Shown here: one piece after another, positions 29,387 through 37,104 of the stretch
Numbering within the stretch: position 1 is the first letter of the stretch
How the letters are laid out: every line of letters begins with the position of its first letter
The notes under the pieces: generated by a model
What the model saw: the letters and a program-made list of their open reading frames with translations, nothing else
Databases searched by the model: none
Told to the model about the DNA's origin: nothing
From: Candidatus Moraniibacteriota bacterium
GTDB taxonomy: Bacteria; Patescibacteriota; Minisyncoccia; Moranbacterales; UBA1568
DNA: 48,492 nucleotides
Direction of reading: 5' to 3'
Assembly: GCA_903893925.1 (NCBI GenBank)
Contig: CAITOC010000047.1
Location: forward strand, 1 to 48,492
Position numbers and translations under genes: made by a program

Positions 29387-31037
29387 ACATTCTCCGTCGG
29401 GACGCCTTGGCAGTCTCTGTGATTGGGTCCGGACGGTTCCGAAATTCATATGTATCCTCATCGGTATCGTGGCGGTCGGGATATTCCTCCGTGCCTACCA
29501 TTTCCACGACTGGCTACGATTCAATGCGGATCAGTCGCGTGATGCCGGAGTGGCGAGCGACTCTGTCCAGGGGACCGGCGCCTATCCCTTGCTTGGTCCG
29601 AAAGCCGGCGGAACCGAATTTAAGCTCGGCGGAGCGTTCTATTCGTTGCAGATCCTTTCCGCGCAGGTATTCGGAAACAGCCCCGACAAGATGGCCTATC
29701 CGGATCTGTTCGCGTCCATCGCGACGATCCCGCTCCTCTTCCTCCTCCTTCGTCGGGTATTCCGACAGCCGGTAGCGCTTCTTTTGACGGCCATTTTGTC
29801 CGTGAGCGTCTTCGCGATCAAATACGCCCGGTTTGCCTGGAATCCGAATTCCGGGCCATTTTATTCCATACTGTTCCTATATGCACTTCTCCTATTGGCC
29901 GAGGAACAGACAAAGCGGAGATGGCTCTGGGCGATAGTCGCCGGTGTCGGTCTTGGTATCGGTGTACAGTTACACACCCTGCTTCTGATCATCATGCCGG
30001 TCACCGTTTTTGGTTTTTTCATATTTATCGGGCGAAAGCGACCAACACTCTGGCGACAGGCCGGCATCGTCTTGCTCGTCGCGCTTGCGTTGAATACGGG
30101 ACAGATCGTGGAGATGAGACAGACGAACGGTTCGAATATCAAGGCGTTTTTCGGTGGAACCGCGAGTAAGACGGCCAAGGGACACTCTATTCTTGGGAAC
30201 GTTCTTGACGATGCGACTTGTCAGATACAAGGAGACACATTCATCGTGAGCGGACTCGGCAATGACGACCAGTGCGGTTCAGTCAGCATCTCCGACACGT
30301 ATCAGAAGACCAAAGGTATCGCGGGGAAACTCGCCTTCATGGCCGGGTTATTTTTGTCGGCGGTTTTCACCGTTGGTGGGGTGTGGCTATGGATAGTGGC
30401 TCTCAAGAACACGACCGAACCGAGGAGGAAACTCGCACTGCAACTCACCTTGTGGTACGCTCTGGTCGGATTCGTCCTACTCATCCCGCTTGCAAAAGAG
30501 ATCTCGCTTCGATTCTATCTGGCGATGCTCTTCGTCCCGTTTGTCTTGCTCGGACTCTGGGCGGAGGCCGTCATTTCGTGGGCGAAAGATCACCATACCT
30601 ATGCGTATATCGCTCTCGGTATCGTTACGCTCGTTTTTGTAGGGACGAACCTTTCTGCCGTCTCGATCGCGTTTTCCGATCATTCCGGCAGGAAACAGAT
30701 CGTCGGTTCGACCGATGCGGAGATCACCCTTGGGGAAGTCGAGGGGATGGCGAAGTATATAACAGAGCATTTCCAATCGGGTCAGACGATTTATGTCCGG
30801 GGAAAGCAGACCTATCTCTTCAAGTACCTGAAATCGATCGAATACGTCACTCTGAAGAGCGGTGTCGTCTTGAAGCCGTATTCCAAGAACATGATACCGT
30901 CAAAGGATGACCAGACCGTCCTCATCGCGAATGCCATAAACAAAGGCAAGCTTACGAAGTCGATGGCGGAGGCGTATGATCCCATCGATATCCGGATCTT
31001 CGGACGGTTCTCAATCGAACAAATCGTGCTTAAATAA
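29370..31037 (+). CDS. ArnT/PMT-like GT-C, paralog 8
   Basis: LRAYHFHDWLRFNADQSRD, AYPD, YARFAWNPN, QLH and LRFY. Confidence 0.8.
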   Translation: MSTDTEHSPSGRLGSLCDWVRTVPKFICILIGIVAVGIFLRAYHFHDWLRFNADQSRDAGVASDSVQGTGAYPLLGPKAGGTEFKLGGAFYSLQILSAQVFGNSPDKMAYPDLFASIATIPLLFLLLRRVFRQPVALLLTAILSVSVFAIKYARFAWNPNSGPFYSILFLYALLLLAEEQTKRRWLWAIVAGVGLGIGVQLHTLLLIIMPVTVFGFFIFIGRKRPTLWRQAGIVLLVALALNTGQIVEMRQTNGSNIKAFFGGTASKTAKGHSILGNVLDDATCQIQGDTFIVSGLGNDDQCGSVSISDTYQKTKGIAGKLAFMAGLFLSAVFTVGGVWLWIVALKNTTEPRRKLALQLTLWYALVGFVLLIPLAKEISLRFYLAMLFVPFVLLGLWAEAVISWAKDHHTYAYIALGIVTLVFVGTNLSAVSIAFSDHSGRKQIVGSTDAEITLGEVEGMAKYITEHFQSGQTIYVRGKQTYLFKYLKSIEYVTLKSGVVLKPYSKNMIPSKDDQTVLIANAINKGKLTKSMAEAYDPIDIRIFGRFSIEQIVLK

Positions 31038-31072
31038 AGCACTTTTCGTCTGATTTTGGCTTCATTCGTCAG

Positions 31073-31169
31073 TTTGAAATGATGTGTTGTGTATATTGCA
31101 ACAGAAGGAGCTAGGCTCCGAATCGGATTTTAGCTCCTGAATGTAGGAGTGATTCAGTCAATTTGGTAT
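31073..31169 (-). repeat. Copy E of the ~105-bp element (different central hairpin)
   Basis: Reverse complement is ataccaaattgactgaatcactcctacattc-aggagctaaaatccgattcggagcctagctcct-tctgttgcaatatacacaac. Confidence 0.78.
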
Positions 31170-31265
31170 CAGTTGCCATGATTGGCGGATTTCGTATATA
31201 CTATCGGTGAAAGAGACGGCTTTGCCCACCGCGGCGATTGCGGGAACACAACCGGAACCTTCACA

Positions 31266-31859
31266 ATGGCCAAGAAAAAGTTTTTTATCGGGGACATCCT
31301 GAACCTGCTGTTCTACGATGTCAATGACGAATGCGAATTATTTCTGGACGACGACCGCTCTGAGGGAATCGACGATCTCCTCGCATTCATGCTCGGCCTC
31401 AGTACTGATCCGCAGAAATCGCCAGAAAAGCTCAAGAAGATCGGTGTTTCGGAGGCAGCGGATTATTTCGAGGACAATCATCGTTTTTCACTCGCGATGC
31501 AAGTGTGTATTGAGAGTCTTCTTTGTCAGTTCGAATGCTTTACGGAACGGAGATTCAGGGATGAATTGAAGTCCATGAAGAAACGGGCGAATAAATCGAG
31601 CTTTGGCGAAGAGATAGAAACAAACTGGCTGACGCAACAAGCACGACTTTATGCGGAGGATCAGGCTACGTCAGGCACCTCGAGTCGTAGGGTAAGACGT
31701 GGCAGGAAAAATAAATCCGAATGCGTTGATGATGAGTATGATGTGACGATGCTTGAAGTCGAATCCATCGGATACCTTCATATCCCAGCTGGTCAGGAGC
31801 GATTCGAGCGGGTGTCGAGCTTTGAACTTTTCAATGATCGTCCCATGAACACGAACTAA
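31266..31859 (+). CDS. Hypothetical protein (acidic, no recognised domain)
   Basis: ORF with a protein-like start MAKKK, upstream TTGCCA-18-TATACT (31173-31202) and a downstream terminator. Confidence 0.65.
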   Translation: MAKKKFFIGDILNLLFYDVNDECELFLDDDRSEGIDDLLAFMLGLSTDPQKSPEKLKKIGVSEAADYFEDNHRFSLAMQVCIESLLCQFECFTERRFRDELKSMKKRANKSSFGEEIETNWLTQQARLYAEDQATSGTSSRRVRRGRKNKSECVDDEYDVTMLEVESIGYLHIPAGQERFERVSSFELFNDRPMNTN

Positions 31860-31868
31860 TCGTGGTAG

Positions 31869-31902
31869 AACCCCTCCGGACAAATGTTGCGGAGGGTTTT
31901 TT
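31869..31902 (+). terminator. Intrinsic terminator
   Basis: aacccctccg...cggagggtttttt immediately after the stop. Confidence 0.7.
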
Positions 31903-31943
31903 AGTGCTTCTTCGGCAAGTGCTTGAGAAAAGGTGGTGCCGTG

Positions 31944-31973
31944 TTGACAAAAACGCTATCGACGGGGTATGCT
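31944..31973 (+). promoter_or_regulatory. Sigma70-type promoter
   Basis: TTGACA-18 bp-TATGCT, upstream of an AAGGAG RBS and the ATG at 32039. Confidence 0.6.
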
Positions 31974-32038
31974 CCCGGCAAGGATGTTCTGTAGTCTTAC
32001 CAACATAACCGCCGTAAAAAGTGGAAAAGGAGAGAAAA

Positions 32039-32830
32039 ATGGAAATTAGAAATACGACAGATTCGACACTGGAGCAATTCCGTGCGAATCGCTACTGGGA
32101 AAACCTGCTTGCCGTTACGCCGGGTCTTCCGAAAGAAAAAGATTATGAATTCGCGAAAAATTTCGCGAAGCAGATGAAAGCCGGTAACTCATACGGGATC
32201 ATGTTGTATACCCATACAGCGGTTCCTTTCCAGGTCTTTATTGCACGGGTGGCACGAGTCGATGGAAGCAGAATACCGACATTCGGATACCGCGGGGAGG
32301 ATGAAATCTGCGTCAGGCTTGATGCACCAAACGGAGCTGAATGGCGATTTCTCGACACTCGGAAGAGATTGGCAATGCTGAAAAATCAATCCAAAACACT
32401 CCACTCATATCATTTCCCCGGAGATCGCGCACTTCTGGATATGCTCGGAGTCACGTCTGATTTCCTCACAGGTATTTTCGAAATGGATGAATGGTGGAGA
32501 TGGAAAGAAGAGCTGGTTCGTACGGATTCCGGCGTCCTTGAACGGGCACGGAAATTCCTCATCGAACGCGAATTGGAACAACAACTCTTTTCCGCGGATT
32601 CGTGGAGTGTCTTTGTGCCGATTGGACAAAAGACGATACTCGTCCACTATGACGGACTTGGGAGTATGCCTCTGGACAAGGCGATGGCGTTCATGAATGT
32701 CCGGACACATAAAATCGTCGAAATCGAAAATATGCTCGAATCAAAATGGTTGATGAAGGACATCTGCAACGCTATAGGAGCATTGATTCATAAGGATGTT
32801 CGGTGTATGCACGCGACGTTCTGTTATTGA
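32039..32830 (+). CDS. Hypothetical protein
   Basis: 263-codon ORF with its own promoter, AAGGAG Shine-Dalgarno and terminator. No motif recognised. Confidence 0.75.
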   Translation: MEIRNTTDSTLEQFRANRYWENLLAVTPGLPKEKDYEFAKNFAKQMKAGNSYGIMLYTHTAVPFQVFIARVARVDGSRIPTFGYRGEDEICVRLDAPNGAEWRFLDTRKRLAMLKNQSKTLHSYHFPGDRALLDMLGVTSDFLTGIFEMDEWWRWKEELVRTDSGVLERARKFLIERELEQQLFSADSWSVFVPIGQKTILVHYDGLGSMPLDKAMAFMNVRTHKIVEIENMLESKWLMKDICNAIGALIHKDVRCMHATFCY

Positions 32831-32850
32831 TCGCCAACGATCATATGTAT

Positions 32851-32884
32851 AAGACCTATCCGCACAAAACGGGTAGGTCTGTTT
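32851..32884 (+). terminator. Probable terminator hairpin
   Basis: agacctatccg-cacaaaa-cgggtaggtct-gttt. Confidence 0.55.
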
Positions 32885-32924
32885 ATTATGTGCTGTCTCA
32901 AAAAGGTCCCGATACTGCGATATA

Positions 32925-33032
32925 ATACCAAATGAACTGAATCACTGTGACGTTCAGGAGTTCGCCCCTTCGAATGACGGGGCGAACTCCTCTGGCAGCG
33001 CGATATACAAGAAATCAAGATATTTCGGTATA
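32925..33032 (+). repeat. Copy F of the ~105-bp element (full length, variant hairpin)
   Basis: ataccaaatgaactgaatcactgtgacgttc-aggagttcgcccc...ggggcgaactcct-ctggcagcgcgatatac...atttcggtata. Confidence 0.85.
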
Positions 33033-33088
33033 ATTTGGTAAGATTGCGGGGCATGTTTATCGGGCGTATCGTGTCTATCTTTTCCGGT

Positions 33089-34561
33089 TTATTTCGTTGG
33101 TTTTGTCGGGAGTAGCTTCAAGAGGGGATCGATGTCCGCGTTTTCCAATGCGCCGAAGAGCTTGAGAATACCGAAGTGAAGGAGAAAGAGAACGGCACCG
33201 GAAACGATGAAGGAGAATGATCCTTCTGGGAGCAATCGGGCGAGCAAGACGAGGACTGCCGAGGAGATGAAGGAAACGACCCAGAGCTTGAGCGGGATGT
33301 GGACCTTGAAATGCCGGTCGGTGAAGATGAGGATACCGGTCATCAGGATGAACGTGACGATGGTCGTGGCGATGGCCGAGCCGACAATGCCGAAGGGCGG
33401 GATGAGGGCATAGTTAAGTGCTGCGGAAGCGACGAGACCGACGCCGGAGACGTACATTGGGATCATGACCAGTCCCGCGCCGGAAACGGCAAAAGCGAGG
33501 ACATAGAATACCGTCAAAAACCCGTTACCGATGGCGAAAACGCTCATTGAGGCGGTCGCACCAGCATAGGCGTGTCCGTAGAAGAGCGAGATGATCGGGC
33601 CGGAATAGGCTGACAGGAGTGTAACGGTGGGAAAGAGGACAAGCGCAAGCAGGCGAAGGGATTTGTTCACGAGCGAGCGGGTTTCGGCTTCGTCGCGATT
33701 CGACGATGTATTGGATATCGCGGGGAGCAAGATAATTGTCAGGGCATAGAAGAGATAATAGGGGATGTTCCCGACGGTGATTACCGCATTGTAGAGTCCG
33801 GTCCAGTAATCATTTCGTAGAAGCGCTTTGACGAGGAAAAGGTCGAGCGAGGTGATGAGTTGATAGAAGAGCATGAAGAGCGTGAGTGGCCAGGCATAGT
33901 CGAGCAGTTTTTTCGTCGGGAAATCCTGCGATTCTCTTTTTTTGGTCGCCGGGAAATACTTTCCGGTCCAGATGAGGTCGAGAATGACGGCGACTCCGAA
34001 GACGACGAGCGGAGAGACGATGTAGCCGGCGACCGCTCCCTTGACCCCGAAATACCAGGCCAGGAGTATGATGAAGACCATCCGGGTGACCGAGCGGGTC
34101 GTTTTGAGAGCGGCCTGCAAACGGAAGAAATGCAGTCCGGTAAAGTAGGAAAAATAAAACGAGGCGGCGGCGAACGAAGGGATGATGAGCGAGGAAAGTC
34201 GGAAGAGCGGAGTGAGTGTCGGGTCGCCTAGGAGTGAGGCGATGAATGGGGAAGCCAGGAAAAAAAGCACCGTGACCACTGCCATGATACCCGTTTGGAG
34301 AATGACCGATGTGCGCTTGATGCCCCTGATCCGGTCGGGATGTGTCTCGAAAATCTCACTCAGATATTTCGACATGGCGGTCGGGATGCCATTACCGATG
34401 AGGATGATGACAGTCGTCGTCAGGTTCACGATGAGGCCGTATCTCCCGTAGTCGGCGGGTCCGAGTAATCGGCCCACGACGGAGTGGATGAAATATCCCG
34501 AAGCGTTGAAAATAATCTCGGAAACGGTGAGCCAGATAAGGGCGCGTGAGAAATTTTTCAT
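33089..34561 (-). CDS. wzx: Oligosaccharide flippase (Wzx/MOP superfamily)
   Basis: RLLGPADYGRY, GIPTAMSKYLSE, D..LVK, GLYNA, LN.ALIPPFGIVGSAIAT. About 14 TMs. Confidence 0.88.
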   Translation of the reverse strand: MKNFSRALIWLTVSEIIFNASGYFIHSVVGRLLGPADYGRYGLIVNLTTTVIILIGNGIPTAMSKYLSEIFETHPDRIRGIKRTSVILQTGIMAVVTVLFFLASPFIASLLGDPTLTPLFRLSSLIIPSFAAASFYFSYFTGLHFFRLQAALKTTRSVTRMVFIILLAWYFGVKGAVAGYIVSPLVVFGVAVILDLIWTGKYFPATKKRESQDFPTKKLLDYAWPLTLFMLFYQLITSLDLFLVKALLRNDYWTGLYNAVITVGNIPYYLFYALTIILLPAISNTSSNRDEAETRSLVNKSLRLLALVLFPTVTLLSAYSGPIISLFYGHAYAGATASMSVFAIGNGFLTVFYVLAFAVSGAGLVMIPMYVSGVGLVASAALNYALIPPFGIVGSAIATTIVTFILMTGILIFTDRHFKVHIPLKLWVVSFISSAVLVLLARLLPEGSFSFIVSGAVLFLLHFGILKLFGALENADIDPLLKLLPTKPTK

Positions 34562-34576
34562 GACGGTGAAAAAAAG

Positions 34577-35173
34577 TTACGTATCTATGACCTTTCGAAT
34601 GAGCGATACGACCTCGTTTTTTGATCCGTCCGCATCGATCCGTATGAGATTGAATCGCTCAGTGTCCGTAAGGAAGAGGGACCGTTTCTTCTTTGTATAT
34701 TCCAAACCTTGTTCCGGTATACGTTCCCGTTTCGTGATTTCTTCGGGAGAGACATCGAGAAAGAACGCGAAATCGGGTCGAACGATGGTCCTGTCGAGAC
34801 TACGGAAAGCCTTTGAACCGGAAAGATACTCGATATTCACGACCGAATCGAAAAAATATCGATCCGAGAGGAGGATATCGATCCCGTATCCTTTCAGGAT
34901 ATGTTTATACATCCTGAATGCGATAACGTCGACAGCGAGCGTGAGTTTGCGCAGACGGATCGAAAACGACGAGGCTGAAGTGACCGCCTTTTCTTTGCCG
35001 GGCTTGAAGTCACGGCGTCCGCGAAGAACTCGCCATGTCTTGTGAATGAGGGAGTGTTCGAGTGCGTGAAAGTAAGCGACCTTCTTGCCACTTTTTACGA
35101 AGGAGTCACGGAGGAGGGCAGTCTGTGTGGATTTCCCGGACCCGTCGGTGCCGGAAAGAGTTATGAAAATCAT
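34577..35173 (-). CDS. Thymidylate-kinase-fold P-loop kinase (atypical)
   Basis: ITLSGTDGSGKSTQ, SDRYFFDS and PDFAFFLDVSPE. Lacks the REPG motif of housekeeping Tmk. Confidence 0.8.
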   Translation of the reverse strand: MIFITLSGTDGSGKSTQTALLRDSFVKSGKKVAYFHALEHSLIHKTWRVLRGRRDFKPGKEKAVTSASSFSIRLRKLTLAVDVIAFRMYKHILKGYGIDILLSDRYFFDSVVNIEYLSGSKAFRSLDRTIVRPDFAFFLDVSPEEITKRERIPEQGLEYTKKKRSLFLTDTERFNLIRIDADGSKNEVVSLIRKVIDT

Positions 35174-35326
35174 GCGAAAGGAATCAAGAATAGGGAATCA
35201 AGCCTCTATGATCGACGATTTGAAATGAAAAAACGCTTGAAATAGGCAAAACCTGTTCATAGAGTATCAGAAAATGGTACAATAGGCAATAATGTTGACG
35301 TAAATGAAATCGGGGTTCGTTTTAAA

Positions 35327-35360
35327 AGAGGCTAAGCCTCCAATTGGAGGCTTAGCCTCT
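35327..35360. repeat. Perfect 34-bp palindrome of doubled REP-like hairpins
   Basis: agaggctaagcctccaattggaggcttagcctct has the same length and architecture as the element core at 23-56. Confidence 0.75.
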
Positions 35361-35408
35361 AGCACCTTGCTAAAAGACTTGTTTCGTAAAAATGGCTAGT
35401 TACTCTTT

Positions 35409-36983
35409 ATGAATCGTTTGACGAGATATACCGACAACCTCTTTTTCGTATTTCTTTTCATCCTGCCGTTTCAAACGGTGTATTTGTGGCGTGAGCCGAT
35501 CATGAATGGTGCGAAGTGGCAGTATGGCACAATCGGTATATATCTGTCTTCCTTGATTGTAGCCGTTGCGATCATGCTCGGTGCCATTGTGAAAGCGAAC
35601 GCTTCAAAAAAGAAAACCATCATCGATATGATGACGACTCTGTGGCATGAACGGAAATCGGACATGTTCCTTCTCCTCTTCGTTCTCTGGTCGGGCTTGT
35701 CGATACTGTGGGCGCAGGACACGGCTTTAGCCCTATATACCTTCGTAAAGATCCTTCTTGCAGCGGATGTGTTCGTCATGACGCGAGACCTGGTTCGAAG
35801 AGGGAAGATGAAACGGATCGTCGTCGTACTTTTCGTTGCGGCCGCGATCCAGTCCGTCATCGGTATCGGACAGTTCCTGACGCAGGATAGCTTCTCCTCG
35901 AAGGTTCTCGGCATGAGCGCGTACGAATCGTGGCAGGCCGGAACATCAGTCTTGAAAAATGAAAGCGGGCGGTTCCTGCGTGCGTATGGTTCCTTTTCGC
36001 ATCCGAACGTATACGGATTATTCCTTGCAGTCGTTCTTATTCTTGTGGTATCGACAATTGGCGAAAAATCCCTCTTGTTCCCCCTTTTTCAAAGAGGGAA
36101 ACTGCTCAATGTCGTTCCATCTTCAAAGGCACGATTCCTTTTTATTAAAAATTGGAAGACGTCCTGTCTCCCATTTAAAAATGGGGTACCGAGTCTTCGA
36201 GGGGACTGCGTGTCGCCAATAGCTTTAGCGGTGGTGCAGGGATTTTGTAGTAGGACTGTTACATTTTTTGGTATCCTTATCATTCTTCTAGGTCTCATCA
36301 TGTCCTTTTCCCGTCTGGCATGGGGAGGGTTCGCACTCGGATTCATCTTTCTTGCGTGGCGATCAATTTCGGATATATATTTTTGTCATCCCGGGCTTGA
36401 CCCGGGATCCACGAAAAAAAATATTCTGGATTCCGGCTCAAAGGCCGGAATGACAGGGAGATATCCGCTTGCCATCTTCGCGACCATCGTCATTTCGACG
36501 GTGATTTTTACCGGCATATTGCACGAGACGGTTTTCCCGCGGTTCGACGGGGGTGTCGTCGATCGGGACGGTTCGGTCGTCGATCGGATGTCGACCTACC
36601 GTGACGCTTTCCAAATCGTCCGTGCTCATCCGCTCCTCGGAGTCGGTGCGGGAAACGAGACCGCAGAACTGATCCGTATCTCTCCTCATCGTCCAATATG
36701 GGACATTCAGCCGTCTCATGATGTTCCGCTCCTCATCCTTACCGAACTCGGTATACCTGGCCTCGTCCTCGCTTTGTGTTTTTTCTGGTTTTCTCTATTT
36801 CCGATAGTGAAAACAAAAACTCCCTTAGGCGATGGGAGGGCACCAGTCATCGTGATACTTCTCGTCCTCATTCCAAGCCTGCTCCTCGATCATTTCCTCT
36901 GGGACTCGAATTTCGGACTTATGTTCGTATTCATTCTCCTCGGACTGACATTCGATACAAATTATCGCTTAAAAAGGCCATAA
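35409..36983 (+). CDS. O-antigen ligase / Wzy_C (WaaL-like) membrane protein carrying in-frame repeat insertions
   Basis: GIGQF, RAYGSFSHPN, SFSR.AW, R...Y..A..I...HPLLGVG.GN, H.VPLLILTELGIPG and DH. Confidence 0.85.
   Translation: MNRLTRYTDNLFFVFLFILPFQTVYLWREPIMNGAKWQYGTIGIYLSSLIVAVAIMLGAIVKANASKKKTIIDMMTTLWHERKSDMFLLLFVLWSGLSILWAQDTALALYTFVKILLAADVFVMTRDLVRRGKMKRIVVVLFVAAAIQSVIGIGQFLTQDSFSSKVLGMSAYESWQAGTSVLKNESGRFLRAYGSFSHPNVYGLFLAVVLILVVSTIGEKSLLFPLFQRGKLLNVVPSSKARFLFIKNWKTSCLPFKNGVPSLRGDCVSPIALAVVQGFCSRTVTFFGILIILLGLIMSFSRLAWGGFALGFIFLAWRSISDIYFCHPGLDPGSTKKNILDSGSKAGMTGRYPLAIFATIVISTVIFTGILHETVFPRFDGGVVDRDGSVVDRMSTYRDAFQIVRAHPLLGVGAGNETAELIRISPHRPIWDIQPSHDVPLLILTELGIPGLVLALCFFWFSLFPIVKTKTPLGDGRAPVIVILLVLIPSLLLDHFLWDSNFGLMFVFILLGLTFDTNYRLKRP
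36384..36455. repeat. 72-bp palindromic element inserted in frame in the WaaL-like gene
   Basis: tgtcatcccgggcttgacccgggatcc...ggattccggctcaaaggccggaatgaca, with inverted ends and two hairpins. Exactly 24 codons. Confidence 0.8.
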
Positions 36984-36997
36984 TTCATATCATTATA

Positions 36998-37025
36998 TTG
37001 ACAAAGTCGAGAAGGAACGTATGAT
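36998..37025 (+). promoter_or_regulatory. Sigma70-type promoter
   Basis: TTGACA-16 bp-TATGAT, upstream of AGGAG and the ATG at 37105. Confidence 0.5.
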
Positions 37026-37104
37026 AGAATATCGGACGTGCAAACGTTTGAGAGCCTCAATTCCTGGCATGAAAGGGAAATCGTTCACTTAACAGGAGAA
37101 AAAG

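Noticed and set aside
20930-31037. Diversity-generating retroelement or invertase shufflon behind paralog diversity
   Set aside because: No reverse transcriptase, recombinase, or TR/VR pair differing only at adenines. Divergence is spread across whole genes.
25871-33032. Repeats as a CRISPR array or integron attC sites
   Set aside because: Copies are dispersed in both orientations with no spacer periodicity and no cas or intI gene. The ends do not fit RYYYAAC/GTTRRRY.
35409-36983. WaaL-like gene as a pseudogene
   Set aside because: The frame is open throughout and the conserved R, HPN, SR and H motifs are retained.
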